Shown: positions 1 through 10,174 of the stretch, in pieces
How the letters are laid out: each line of letters opens with the position of its first letter
Numbering within the stretch: position 1 is the first letter of the stretch
Assembly: GCA_902612345.1 (NCBI GenBank)
Contig: CACMDE010000002.1
Location: 96,769-160,768, forward strand
Direction of reading: 5' to 3'
Source of the DNA: an uncultured Pelagibacteraceae bacterium
GTDB lineage: Bacteria; Pseudomonadota; Alphaproteobacteria; Pelagibacterales; Pelagibacteraceae
DNA length: 64,000 nt
Program-made: the position numbers and the translations under genes
The notes under the pieces: generated by a model
What the model was told of the DNA's origin: nothing
The model's database searches: none
What the model saw: only the letters and a program-made list of their open reading frames with translations

Positions 1-364
1 CTTTTTCTCCTAAAAATATTATAGCTAAAATTGAAATAAAGAAGGGACTTGAGAAAAATAATGCATTTGCCATCGCAAGAGACATATAGGTTAGTGAAAT
101 GTAAAAGAAACTAAAACCAAAAAAGAAGCATATAACTCTACAGCAAGTTAAGAGAGGATAATATGTTTTAAATACTAATTTTTGAGATGTAACTTTTAAA
201 AATATGATTAATAAAATCAGAGCAGTTAAAGTTCTTCCAAAGTATAATTCATAAAGAGCAGACTCCTCAAAAATATATTTAATTAAAGAATCTTGAATAG
301 AAAAAAAGGCCATACCTAAAAGGATTAACAAAATTCCTTTAGGATTATTATTTGGAGTGCTCAT
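1..364 (-). CDS. DMT/EamA family transporter, N-terminal part (runs off the window start)
   Basis: Own translation from ATG at 364: MSTPNNNPKGICLILLGMAFFSIQDSLIKY...SPFFISILAIIFLGEK, a hydrophobic EamA-type repeat ending in the LGEK motif. Not in the ORF track. Confidence 0.85.
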   Translation of the reverse strand, partial: MSTPNNNPKGILLILLGMAFFSIQDSLIKYIFEESALYELYFGRTLTALILLIIFLKVTSQKLVFKTYYPLLTCCRVICFFFGFSFFYISLTYMSLAMANALFFSSPFFISILAIIFLGEK

Positions 365-426
365 TTACGCTATATATCAGAAAAAAATAAATTTTAAATT
401 TTAAAAATTTATGTCATATTCGGTTT

Positions 427-1413
427 ATGTTTTCAGAAGAAGATAAGATAATGATGGAAACCCTCTACTGGTGGGGTATACCAACTTTATTTAGATGTAA
501 AAATGATCCTGATCCAAAAAATTGTGATATAGCTTTAGTAGGCGTTCCTCATAGTACAGGAAATGGCACAACAGAGAGAGATCAACACCTAGGACCAAGA
601 GCAGTTAGAAATATTTCAGCAATGTTAAAAAGATCTCATTTTGATTATAAAATTGATCCTTGGAAAGAAAATAAAATTCATGATTTAGGAGATGTTCCTT
701 TTCCAGAGGCAAACAATAATGAAAAATGTATTGAAAGGATTTCAGCTTTTTATGATCAAATAGAACAAGCAGAAAAACCAGTGGTATCTATTGGTGGAGA
801 TCATTCTATAACAGGAGGGATTGTTCAAAGCTTAGCTAAAAAAAATTCAAAACTTACAAAAGGAAAAAAAATAACTTTTCTTCACTTTGATGCACATACA
901 GATTGTTTTGAAAAACTAGATCACTTTCTTGGTGCAAAAAAATCTGCTGCACATTGGGCGTCTTATTTAGTTAAACAAGGAAATGTTGATCCTCATACAA
1001 GTACTCAAATAGGAATAAGAGGAAACCCTAGAACATTAGATTGGTTACAAGCAAGTTACGACAATGGTTACCAAGTAATTACTATGGATGAATATAGAGA
1101 GTGGGGTCATGATAAATGTGCAAAAATGATTTTAGATAGAATAGGGGACAATCCTATCTATGTAACTTTTGATTTAGATTGTTTAGACCCTTCTGTTGCA
1201 CCAGGGGTTGCAAATATTGAATCAGCCTACAGAGGTTTTAATATGGATGAAGCAAGAAAACTTATACAATGTTTAAAAGGTAAAAATGTTATTGGTGGTG
1301 ATGTTGCATGTTTAATGCCTACAAAAGATAATCCAAATCAAATTACTGCAATGGTGGCATCAGCTATAATGTTTGAGATTATTTGTTTAATTTCAGTTTA
1401 TAGAAATAAATGA
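427..1413 (+). CDS. Ureohydrolase (agmatinase/guanidinoacid amidinohydrolase family)
   Basis: GGDHS, DAHTD and TFDLDCLDP Mn-binding motifs. Exact substrate cannot be read from sequence. Confidence 0.85.
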   Translation: MFSEEDKIMMETLYWWGIPTLFRCKNDPDPKNCDIALVGVPHSTGNGTTERDQHLGPRAVRNISAMLKRSHFDYKIDPWKENKIHDLGDVPFPEANNNEKCIERISAFYDQIEQAEKPVVSIGGDHSITGGIVQSLAKKNSKLTKGKKITFLHFDAHTDCFEKLDHFLGAKKSAAHWASYLVKQGNVDPHTSTQIGIRGNPRTLDWLQASYDNGYQVITMDEYREWGHDKCAKMILDRIGDNPIYVTFDLDCLDPSVAPGVANIESAYRGFNMDEARKLIQCLKGKNVIGGDVACLMPTKDNPNQITAMVASAIMFEIICLISVYRNK

Positions 1414-1763
1414 AAAAATTCTTTAATTATTTATTAATATTTTTAATTTGGAGTAATATTTCATTTTCAGAAATATACTCATGTTCAGCAGATCTTACTA
1501 GATTTGGTAGAGAAGGAGAGATAGAAAATAAAATATATATAAGAGACGGAAATTATTTCTACAATAACCATGACTGGAAATTTGACATATATTATGAGAG
1601 CAAAGAGGAAATACATTTAATTGATGGCACAAAAACGTCTATGTTTATAGTTATATTAAATAAAAAAACTAATGAGTTCACAGAAGGTTATTTATCAATT
1701 AAAGATTCAAGAGAGCATGAGCAAGTTGCCAATACTTATGGCAAGTGTGTAGTAAAAAAATAA
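1410..1763 (+). CDS. Secreted hypothetical protein
   Basis: N-terminal signal peptide, one Cys near each end of the mature chain, 4-bp overlap with the upstream gene. Confidence 0.7.
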   Translation: MKKFFNYLLIFLIWSNISFSEIYSCSADLTRFGREGEIENKIYIRDGNYFYNNHDWKFDIYYESKEEIHLIDGTKTSMFIVILNKKTNEFTEGYLSIKDSREHEQVANTYGKCVVKK

Positions 1764-3344
1764 TTAACTTAAAATTGCATCAGCACCTTTTTCAGCAATC
1801 ATTAGCGTTGGTGCATTTAAGTTTGCGCTTGGTATTTCAGGTATTACAGAAGCATCAATAACTCTTAGGTTTTGAATTCCTTTTACTTTTAAATTTTCAT
1901 CTACTACTGCCATATCATCAATTCCCATCTTGCAAGTACCACATGGATGATAAGCGGTATCTGCTTTTGATCTAATATATTCATTTAATTCATCATCTGA
2001 TTGAGCATCAGTTCCAGGTCCAACTTCCTTTCCTGCATGTTCAGCTAAAGCAGGTTGCGATAAGATTTTTCTTGCAACATAAATACATTCTCTTGTTTGT
2101 TTTAAGTCATCTTCATCTTGTAAGTAATTAAATAATATTTTAGGATATTCGTAAGGATTGGATGAATTAAGAGTAATATGCCCTCTACTTTTTGGATGGT
2201 TTGGACTTGCATGTAATTGATAGCCATGAGTTTCAGGTTGCTCTAAACCATGATTTATCACAAATGATGGAAAGAAGTGAAATTGAATATTCGATATATC
2301 CCTTCCTGGTGAAGATTTTGCAAATCCACCTGCTTCTAAAAAAGATTTAGAACATGGACCAGATTTAAATAAAAACCATTGAATTCCAGCTAATACTTTA
2401 GGAATTAGCTTTGTATAAGTATACAAAGTATTTGGGGTTTTGCATTCTTGTTGGATATAAGTTTCTAAGTGATCCTGTAAATTTTTACCTACACCTTTAT
2501 TGTCACTTACAACATCTATACCTTTATCTTTTAAATGATTTGCATCACCAATACCTGATAACATTAATAATTGTGGTGAATTAATAGAACCACCACTTAA
2601 AATTACCTCCTTATTTGCATAAATCTTTTGAACTTTGTTTTTAATTTTTACCTGGAGACCAACTGCTTTTTTCCCATCAAATAAAATTTTTTCTACATAA
2701 GAATATTTAAGCACATCTAAGTTTTTTCTATTTTTTACTGGATTTAAATAATATTTTGCAGCACCGGCTCTTTCTCCTTTATGCATAGTAGTGTCAAACA
2801 TTCCAAATCCCTCTTGTTCCTCTCCATTCATATCAAAATTTGTTTTATGGCCAGCTTCACCAGCTGCATCTATAAATGCTTTAAATAACGGATTAGAATT
2901 TTTTGATAAACTTACTGGAAGAGGTCCAAATGAACCTCTATATTGGTTTTCGCCTTCAGACCAAGTTTCTATTTTTTTAAAGTAGGGTAGTACTTTTTCA
3001 TAAGACCAATTTTTCAATCCAAAACTTTCCCATCTAGAATAATCATCTTTATTACCTCGAACAAAGACCATTCCATTATGTGATGAACAACCCCCCAACA
3101 TCTTTCCTCTTGGACAAAATACTCTTCTATTATTTAAATATGGTTCAGGTTCCGAATAATATTTCCAATTATATTTTGGGTCATGCATTGTATATAATAA
3201 AGCTAGAGGCATTTTGACTTTCCAAATATCACTGGAACCTCCAGCTTCAAAAATTGCAACTTTATGATTTTGATTTTCAGATAATCTATTTGCAAGAACA
3301 CATCCTGCTGATCCAGCACCAACAATTAAATAATCGTAATTCAT
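1764..3344 (-). CDS. betA: Choline dehydrogenase (GMC oxidoreductase)
   Basis: YDYLIVGAGSAGCVLANRLSE, PRGKMLGGCSSHNGMVFVRG, GKNLQDHLE, HPCGTCKMG, NLNAPTLMIAEK. Confidence 0.85.
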   Translation of the reverse strand: MNYDYLIVGAGSAGCVLANRLSENQNHKVAIFEAGGSSDIWKVKMPLALLYTMHDPKYNWKYYSEPEPYLNNRRVFCPRGKMLGGCSSHNGMVFVRGNKDDYSRWESFGLKNWSYEKVLPYFKKIETWSEGENQYRGSFGPLPVSLSKNSNPLFKAFIDAAGEAGHKTNFDMNGEEQEGFGMFDTTMHKGERAGAAKYYLNPVKNRKNLDVLKYSYVEKILFDGKKAVGLQVKIKNKVQKIYANKEVILSGGSINSPQLLMLSGIGDANHLKDKGIDVVSDNKGVGKNLQDHLETYIQQECKTPNTLYTYTKLIPKVLAGIQWFLFKSGPCSKSFLEAGGFAKSSPGRDISNIQFHFFPSFVINHGLEQPETHGYQLHASPNHPKSRGHITLNSSNPYEYPKILFNYLQDEDDLKQTRECIYVARKILSQPALAEHAGKEVGPGTDAQSDDELNEYIRSKADTAYHPCGTCKMGIDDMAVVDENLKVKGIQNLRVIDASVIPEIPSANLNAPTLMIAEKGADAILS

Positions 3345-3877
3345 TTTAGAGATGCTTTTAATAAATCTTTATACTGAATGATATCTTTTATTTTGACGCC
3401 TATTTCCTTTGCAGCTTCATCAAACTTTCTGACTTTTATGGCATCTTTAAAAAACTTTTCTTTTTCGAATGCCTTTGCTTCTTTACTATTTAATAGACCT
3501 CCTTGGAGTTTAAGACTGACAACAGATGCTTCAGATAATCGGTTATAATATTTTTTATCCCTTGCAAGATATCTTTTAGCAATAACGTGGTGTTTAATAG
3601 GTTCGACCACTTCTTTCTTAAAAAATTTCTTTAAATACTCATAACCAATATCTTCATGTTTTCCATCTTGATTATTTCTGACTAATTCATCAGGGTCATC
3701 TAAAATGAAATGCCCATAATCATGTAATAAACATGAACACACTAAATTATCTTTGCTTTTTGATTTTTCAGCCTTCATTGCTGACTGAATCATATGATCT
3801 GCAATTGTTAGATTTTCTCCAATATAAAGTGATTTATTATTTTTAAAGTTGCTTATTATTTTCTCAATAATATCCAT
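3341..3877 (-). CDS. HD-domain mixed-valent diiron oxygenase, PhnZ/TmpB-like
   Basis: YIGE...H, LLHDYGH, KHE, HHVIAKRYL, LSEASVVSLKLQGG and R-x-x-DEAAK match the PhnZ/TmpB ligand and substrate-binding pattern. Confidence 0.85.
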   Translation of the reverse strand: MDIIEKIISNFKNNKSLYIGENLTIADHMIQSAMKAEKSKSKDNLVCSCLLHDYGHFILDDPDELVRNNQDGKHEDIGYEYLKKFFKKEVVEPIKHHVIAKRYLARDKKYYNRLSEASVVSLKLQGGLLNSKEAKAFEKEKFFKDAIKVRKFDEAAKEIGVKIKDIIQYKDLLKASLK

Positions 3878-4705
3878 TTAATGTGGATGGTCTCCTTCAA
3901 TTGCAATTCGATCCATTATTCTTTCGTGACCGAGGCCTCTACCAGGAAAAAAATCTGTAAGACCTTGATGTTGGGTACTTCTGTTATCCCAAATAGCAAC
4001 CGCATTTTCTGTCCATTTAAATCTACATGTAAAATCTAATCTTTCTTGATGTTCAAAAATATGTTTTAAGATTTGATCACTCTCTTTTCTATCCATGCCT
4101 ATTATTTTCTTTGTATACATTGAGTTTACATAAAGTATTTTTTTCTTAGTTTCAGGGTGAATTCTTACCATTGGATGTTCATTTGAGTATTCATTTAAAT
4201 TTCCATTGCCTTCCATCTCTGTATATTTATCTACAAAAGCTGCAGCACCTAATGAACTATGAATTGCTTTCTTTCCCTGAATTTTCTTTTTAATTTTATG
4301 ATCAAGGGTTTCATATGCAATTTCCATATTTGAAAACATAGTATCTCCACCGACAGGTGGAATTTTTCTTGATCGTAAAATAATTACTTTAGTTGGTTTT
4401 GGATTGTAGCTTACATCAGTATGCCATGTTTCACCCCATTGATGTTTTTCCTCAGCTCCTTTCACAATTCTCAGAATTTCTGGATGGTCTTTTAAACCTT
4501 TTACATATACATGTCTTTCAAGTGGACCAAATTTTTTTGCTAAATTAATTTGCTCTTCACAAGTAATATCTTGGTCTCTAAAAAATAAAGCTTTGTGTTC
4601 AAGCATTAGACTATTAATTATTTGCCAGTTATCATCAGATGAATCTTTTAAATCTATCCCTTTTACTTCTGCCCCCAAGGCACCTGATAATAAATTTAAT
4701 TCCAT
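3878..4705 (-). CDS. TauD/TfdA family Fe(II)/2-oxoglutarate dioxygenase
   Basis: LGAEVKGIDL, WHTDVSY (HxD), GGDTMF, HPMVRIHPET, WDNRSTQH. Confidence 0.9.
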   Translation of the reverse strand: MELNLLSGALGAEVKGIDLKDSSDDNWQIINSLMLEHKALFFRDQDITCEEQINLAKKFGPLERHVYVKGLKDHPEILRIVKGAEEKHQWGETWHTDVSYNPKPTKVIILRSRKIPPVGGDTMFSNMEIAYETLDHKIKKKIQGKKAIHSSLGAAAFVDKYTEMEGNGNLNEYSNEHPMVRIHPETKKKILYVNSMYTKKIIGMDRKESDQILKHIFEHQERLDFTCRFKWTENAVAIWDNRSTQHQGLTDFFPGRGLGHERIMDRIAIEGDHPH

Positions 4706-4706
4706 A

Positions 4707-5189
4707 CTATTTTTTTAGTTTACCTGTAAATTTTAAATTATCACTTTTAAATTTTTCTTTGTTTTCACTTATAAAATCATCCATTAACTTAGTTCTTTTT
4801 TGATCAAATTCAGCAACCTTTCTTATATTTAAATCAACATGTAAAGATAACATTTCAATTGTTGATGAGAGCTTCTTTGTTTTCTTTTCGATCATTTCCA
4901 TTCTAAAATGAAGTCTTTTTTTATCATGGTCAAAAAAAGTTAACAAAATTTCAACTTCATCTCCTTCTTTGATTTCATTATCATAAGTCGTATTAGTTTC
5001 TACTACCATTGTACTCATTCCACTAGACTTTGCAGATTGTTCACCCATATTAAATTTTTTAAGCATTACTTCCCAGGCAACATCAAAAATTAACACATAG
5101 TATGCCATGTTGAGGTGATTATTATAATCTGTCCATTCTGATTTAATTATTTGATTTGAAACGTGCACTGACATATTTTTATTTCCCAA
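4707..5189 (-). CDS. Hotdog-fold thioesterase (betainyl-CoA thioesterase-like)
   Basis: EWTDYNNHLNMAYY motif, DKKRLH, MLSLHVDL. True start may be the ATG at 5174. Confidence 0.8.
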   Translation of the reverse strand: MGNKNMSVHVSNQIIKSEWTDYNNHLNMAYYVLIFDVAWEVMLKKFNMGEQSAKSSGMSTMVVETNTTYDNEIKEGDEVEILLTFFDHDKKRLHFRMEMIEKKTKKLSSTIEMLSLHVDLNIRKVAEFDQKRTKLMDDFISENKEKFKSDNLKFTGKLKK

Positions 5190-5223
5190 GACTTAATTTA
5201 ATAGTATAAATCTAATAATTAAA

Positions 5224-6111
5224 ATGAACAATAAGGTATTTATATCATGCGCGGTAACAGGATCTGGGGATACTGCATCTAAACATCCAGATCTACCAAA
5301 AACTCCTGAACAAATTGCAACTGCTGCTATTGAGGCTGCAAAAGCGGGTGCAGCAATTGCACATATTCATGTAAGGGAAGATGATGGAACTCCTAGTAGA
5401 CGTCTAGAATTGTATAAAGAAGTGGTTGATAGAATACGTTCAAGCGGCATAGATGTAGTTTTAAATTTAACTACAGGAATGGGTGGTGATTTAGATATTG
5501 GACAAGGAAAAAACCCTTTAGATTTTGGACCGATGACAGACATGGCAAATGTTATGGAGAGAATAGCTAATGCTGAACAATTTTTACCAGAGATTTGTAC
5601 TCTTGATTGTGGAACTCTAAACTTCGGTGATAGTTCAGTAATAACAGTAAATACTCCAAATGATTTAAGAAAAGCTGCAAAAAGATTAAAAGAAATTAAA
5701 GTTAAGCCTGAAATAGAAGCATTTGATTTAGGCAACATGTGGTTTGGCGCACAGTTATATAAAGAGGGTCTTTTAGATGATCCACCGATGTTTCAAATGT
5801 GTTTAGGAATTCCTTGGGGAGCTCCCGCAACACCTTTAGCAATGCAAGCAATGAAAGATATAATGCCAGAAAATGCTGTCTGGTCTGGATTTGCGATTTC
5901 AAGAAATGAAATGCCATTTGTTGCTCAAACTGCAATAATGGGAGGTAATCCAAGAGTTGGTTTAGAAGATAATTTATATTTAGAAAAAGGAAAACTCGCA
6001 ACCAATGCTCAATTAGTTGAAAAAGCAATTAGAATTGTTAGTGATCTCGGAATTTCTATAATGACACCCTCTGAAACTAGGGAAAAATTAAAACTGACTA
6101 AACATTTTTAA
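5224..6111 (+). CDS. Beta-keto acid cleavage enzyme (BKACE/DUF849), 3-dehydrocarnitine cleavage-like
   Basis: ISCAVTG, AGAAIAHIHVR, NLTTGMGG, PEICTLDCGTLNFG, RVGLEDN. Confidence 0.88.
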   Translation: MNNKVFISCAVTGSGDTASKHPDLPKTPEQIATAAIEAAKAGAAIAHIHVREDDGTPSRRLELYKEVVDRIRSSGIDVVLNLTTGMGGDLDIGQGKNPLDFGPMTDMANVMERIANAEQFLPEICTLDCGTLNFGDSSVITVNTPNDLRKAAKRLKEIKVKPEIEAFDLGNMWFGAQLYKEGLLDDPPMFQMCLGIPWGAPATPLAMQAMKDIMPENAVWSGFAISRNEMPFVAQTAIMGGNPRVGLEDNLYLEKGKLATNAQLVEKAIRIVSDLGISIMTPSETREKLKLTKHF

Positions 6112-6893
6112 TCTAATCGAGTAGCATTTCCATCAACGCCAATTATTTGACCTGATATTCTTTCTGCATCTTTTGAAATTAGAAAACTACACATTTGCGC
6201 AATATCATCTTCATATATCCAGCTATTCATTGATGCCATTGAGATAAATTCTTTTTCAATCGATTTTTTTGAAGTTTTTAAAAACTTTGCCTTATCTCTT
6301 ATTACTCTTACCATTCGATCGCCCTTAATTGTTCCAGGACAAATTGCATTAACTCTAATTTTAAATTTACCAAGTTCCATAGCTAGAGTTTTTGTAACAC
6401 CAACAATTGCCCATTTACTTGCAGCATATGGAGACCTTAGTGGGAAACCCATTATACCAGCACCAGATGAAAGGTTGATTATAGCTCCACCTTTATTTTT
6501 TTTTAAAAGTGGTATTGAATTTTTTGTAAAATAAAAATGACTTATTACATTTACTTTTAAAGTATTTTCCCAATCGAAAGAGTTTAGTTTTTCTATGGTT
6601 CCAGTTGGGCCTGCTATTCCAACATTATTTATTAAAGCATCAATTTTAGATGTTTTTTTCTTAATTTTATCAAATAAGTCATTTACATCTTTTTCATTTG
6701 AGGCATCACAATGATAAATAAAAAGTTTTTTATTTTTTGAATTTTTTCTTAATTTGCTAATGAATTTTTCATTAATATCAGAAACAAAAACTGTAGCCCC
6801 TCTTTCCAAACAGATTTTTGTTGTTGCTAGCCCAATACCAGATGCACCAGCAGAAATAATTATTTTTTTATTTTTCAATGATTGAATAGCCAT
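6108..6893 (-). CDS. Short-chain dehydrogenase/reductase
   Basis: AGASGIG, NNVGIAGPT, YAASK. Last gene of the proXWV-type operon. Confidence 0.9.
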   Translation of the reverse strand: MAIQSLKNKKIIISAGASGIGLATTKICLERGATVFVSDINEKFISKLRKNSKNKKLFIYHCDASNEKDVNDLFDKIKKKTSKIDALINNVGIAGPTGTIEKLNSFDWENTLKVNVISHFYFTKNSIPLLKKNKGGAIINLSSGAGIMGFPLRSPYAASKWAIVGVTKTLAMELGKFKIRVNAICPGTIKGDRMVRVIRDKAKFLKTSKKSIEKEFISMASMNSWIYEDDIAQMCSFLISKDAERISGQIIGVDGNATRLD

Positions 6894-6897
6894 TTAA

Positions 6898-7923
6898 TTA
6901 TGACTTTGATAATGATTTTTGCAATTCCTTATTAGTTATGTAACCTTTAATATTACCTTGTCTATCAACTACTTCACAATTTGCATTATTACAAACTACT
7001 CGAGGTAAAAACTCTTCAATAAATTGGTCTTCATTAACTTTAACTAAGTTTGTTTTATCTATACCATTAGCTTGAGCTACAGGTATCATAATAATTTTTG
7101 CTTTAATTACTTTTGCTCTATTAACATCTTTAACAAATGCTTCCACATAGTCGTCGGCAGGATTCATTATAATTTCAACTGGGGTCCCTACTTGAACTAA
7201 TTTACCAGCATTTAAAATTCCTATATGATCCCCTAGTCTTAATGACTCATCTAAATCGTGAGTGATAAATACTATAGTTTTCTTTAACTCAGCTTGTAAA
7301 TCTAAAAGCTGTTTCTGCATGTCACTTCTTATTAATGGGTCTAATGCTGAAAATGCTTCATCCATTAACATAATATCAGTATCGGTAGCTAATGCTCTAG
7401 CAAGACCAACTCTTTGTTGCATACCTCCAGATAATTGTGCTGGAAATTGATTTTCAAATCCGTTTAATCCAACAGCTTGTATTTTATCCATTGCAACACT
7501 GTTTCTTTTATTTTCTTCAATTCCCTGCATCTCAAGACCATAGCCTACATTTTGCAAAACAGTTTTGTGTGGGAATAGGCCAAATCTTTGAAAGACCATG
7601 CTCATTTTATGTCTTCTAAAATCGATAAGACTTTCAGTATTTAAGCTCATTACGTTTGTACCTTCAATTAAAATTTCTCCATCAGTTGGATCAATCAATC
7701 TATTTAAATGTCTAATTAATGTTGATTTTCCTGAACCTGATAGACCCATACATACAAATGTTTCTCCTTCTTGAATTTTAAGAGAAACATTATCTAAACC
7801 CACTGTATGCCCTGTTTCTTCAAGCACTTGTTCTTTAGTTGCTCCATCCTTTACCATTTGTAAAACTGAATTAGGATTATTTCCAAAAATTTTGTAAACG
7901 TTATTTATTTCAATCTTAGACAT
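6898..7923 (-). CDS. proV: Glycine betaine/carnitine/choline-type ABC transporter ATP-binding subunit
   Basis: GLSGSGKST, LSGGMQQRVGLARAL, MDEAFSALDPLIR. Confidence 0.9.
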   Translation of the reverse strand: MSKIEINNVYKIFGNNPNSVLQMVKDGATKEQVLEETGHTVGLDNVSLKIQEGETFVCMGLSGSGKSTLIRHLNRLIDPTDGEILIEGTNVMSLNTESLIDFRRHKMSMVFQRFGLFPHKTVLQNVGYGLEMQGIEENKRNSVAMDKIQAVGLNGFENQFPAQLSGGMQQRVGLARALATDTDIMLMDEAFSALDPLIRSDMQKQLLDLQAELKKTIVFITHDLDESLRLGDHIGILNAGKLVQVGTPVEIIMNPADDYVEAFVKDVNRAKVIKAKIIMIPVAQANGIDKTNLVKVNEDQFIEEFLPRVVCNNANCEVVDRQGNIKGYITNKELQKSLSKS

Positions 7924-8954
7924 TATTTTTTCTCCTTTTTAGCAGGTGTAGTCCTCTCTTGCAAAGTTTCTCCATATGATTGAGTTATTCTATCTAAAAC
8001 AATAGCTAATAATACTATTGCTATACCTGCTTCTGCAGCTCTACCTACATTTAATTGTTGTAATCCTAATAATACTTCATCACCCAAACCTCTAGTTCCT
8101 ATCATGGATGCAATTACTACCATTGCTAATGCCATCATAGTACATTGATTAATGCCTTGCATAATATTCGGTAAAGCTAAAGGTAACTGAACGCCTAATA
8201 ATTTTTGTTTCTTACTTGCCCCAAAAGCATCAGCTGCCTCTATGACTTCTTTATCAACTAACCTTATTCCTAAATCTGTAAGTCTTACAAGAGGTGGGAC
8301 AGCATAAATAAAAGTTGCAATAATAGCTGGCACAGCCCCTAGTCCAAATAACATTATACCTGGAATTAAGTAGCAAAAACTTGGAATTGTTTGCATTAAA
8401 TCTAAAACAGGTAAAATTACATTTCTTGTTCTCACACTTCTTGCCATAGCTATCCCCAATGGAATTCCAGCAATAACACAAAGAAAAATTCCAATTAACA
8501 TTATTGCAGTTGTTTCAATTGCTTTTTGCCAAAATATTGGATGAAGAAAACCTATAAAAAATGTACAGAAACCAACAAATACAGTTGTTCCAATTTTTCT
8601 CCCACTCGCAAAATAAGTTAAAACAACTACACCAAGTATTACTAATGGCCATGGTGCTTGAATTAAAAAATTCTTTACAAGCATCAACATGTATAAAAGA
8701 ACATTGTTTATAGCTTCAAATATATAACCATATTTTTCATTTAGTGCTTTAAAACCAACATTAATCCAATTCATTAATGGCAAATCTAACCACTTAGGCC
8801 ACTTACCTCCTAGCCAAGAAAAATCATTTAATAGTTCACTAATATTTTCAGGTTTTCTTTTTGATTGACTGTAACTAGTTATTAATAACCATACGAAAAC
8901 AAACAACAATCCAATGTTAAAAATTATTTTTTTATTTTTCTTTAGTGCTTCCAT
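7923..8954 (-). CDS. proW: Glycine betaine-type ABC transporter permease
   Basis: LDLMQTIPSFCYLIP, RLTDLGIR, EAADAFGA, MMALAMVVIASMIG. Confidence 0.9.
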   Translation of the reverse strand: MEALKKNKKIIFNIGLLFVFVWLLITSYSQSKRKPENISELLNDFSWLGGKWPKWLDLPLMNWINVGFKALNEKYGYIFEAINNVLLYMLMLVKNFLIQAPWPLVILGVVVLTYFASGRKIGTTVFVGFCTFFIGFLHPIFWQKAIETTAIMLIGIFLCVIAGIPLGIAMARSVRTRNVILPVLDLMQTIPSFCYLIPGIMLFGLGAVPAIIATFIYAVPPLVRLTDLGIRLVDKEVIEAADAFGASKKQKLLGVQLPLALPNIMQGINQCTMMALAMVVIASMIGTRGLGDEVLLGLQQLNVGRAAEAGIAIVLLAIVLDRITQSYGETLQERTTPAKKEKK

Positions 8955-8975
8955 ATGTCAGTTTTAATTAAAGAA

Positions 8976-8993
8976 AGAGCCCCGAAGGGCTCT
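8976..8993 (-). terminator. Stem-loop with C(UUCG)G tetraloop after the substrate-binding gene
   Basis: Minus strand AGAGCCC-TTCG-GGGCTCT followed by a T-rich tract, between proX and proW. Confidence 0.7.
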
Positions 8994-9015
8994 CTCATTA
9001 TATTTTATTTAGTGA

Positions 9016-10035
9016 TTATAATGCTGCAGAAACTTTTTTAGCAACATCAGCTGGTACCCAGTCTTTCCACATAGTTTCCGTTTTTAAGAACTCTATTGCA
9101 GTTGCTTCCATATCACCACCTGACTCATCTTCATAATACGCCAACATTTTGTTAACTGTAGCTGTTGGCACAGTATATTTTCCAATGAACTCATTTTCTT
9201 TTGGATGAGCTTTTGCCCATGTTGCAAGAACAGACTTAGTTAAAGCCATATCCCTATATTCACATGCACAAGAAGGTTTGTAAGCGTCTGGACCATTAGC
9301 TTTGATGTCTTCAACAACCACAGACATATCATCCCAACATTTTTGATTAAATTTAGGCTCTGTTAATCTTACTAGATCAACTTTACCCATTAAACCAGTT
9401 GGTGCCCAGTAGTATGTAAAGATTGGTTTTTTCTTTGCAAATGCACCTGCTATCGCAGCATCTAATGCACCACCTGAACCTGGGTCAAAGTTAGTATAGT
9501 ATTTATCTAGACCATACTCTTTTTGTTTTACCAAGTTAACAGTGTAGCAAGTCCAACCAGATATACAGCTAGTCATTCTTCCTTTTGAAGGATCTTCCGG
9601 ATCTTTAAATAGCGCAGCTATTTTTGGATCTTTCATATCTTCAACAGACTTTAAATTGTATTTATCAGCAGTAGCTTTATCTACGTAGAATGCCTGCTGA
9701 GAGTCTGGTGTATTTGTACCCATATGGATAATTGTACCTGCTTCTTCGTGAGGCTTATAATTACCAATAATATTGTCATACCAAACTTCAGTAATAACAT
9801 CTAATTGACCGTCATAATGTGCGGCCATTATTGGAGTAGTACTTCCTTTTGTAACAGAAACTTCACATCCATATCCTTTTTCAAGAATGAAAGTGGTAAT
9901 CGCTGTATGAATGTTAGCACTAGACCAATCAAAGTCTCCTAATCTAGCTTTGCATTTTGCATTTGCAGATGTTGTAAACACCGCAAGCATAGATGCTAAA
10001 ACAGTTGTTAGGAGAATATTTTTAAGATTTCTCAT
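9016..10035 (-). CDS. proX: Quaternary-amine ABC transporter substrate-binding protein (ProX family)
   Basis: Signal peptide, DWSSA, EVW, CISGWTC, YYWAPT. Start placed at ATG 10035, which follows a GGAGGG SD, rather than 10080. Confidence 0.85.
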   Translation of the reverse strand: MRNLKNILLTTVLASMLAVFTTSANAKCKARLGDFDWSSANIHTAITTFILEKGYGCEVSVTKGSTTPIMAAHYDGQLDVITEVWYDNIIGNYKPHEEAGTIIHMGTNTPDSQQAFYVDKATADKYNLKSVEDMKDPKIAALFKDPEDPSKGRMTSCISGWTCYTVNLVKQKEYGLDKYYTNFDPGSGGALDAAIAGAFAKKKPIFTYYWAPTGLMGKVDLVRLTEPKFNQKCWDDMSVVVEDIKANGPDAYKPSCACEYRDMALTKSVLATWAKAHPKENEFIGKYTVPTATVNKMLAYYEDESGGDMEATAIEFLKTETMWKDWVPADVAKKVSAAL

Positions 10036-10174
10036 ATGTTCCCTCCATATAAAAGTTATATAACAAAGAGCATTAGACATTGATTTATAAAAAAGTTCAA
10101 GATAACCTTTTATAATTCAACTATTAATTGAATTGAAAATTTTATGAGTTTTATTAAGAATTGAAGATATTTAC

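Noticed and set aside
1770-1950. DNA similarity between the 3' ends of the two GMC genes (also about 62890-63080)
   Set aside because: It covers the most conserved GMC C-terminal motif and is explained by paralogy; not a mobile repeat.
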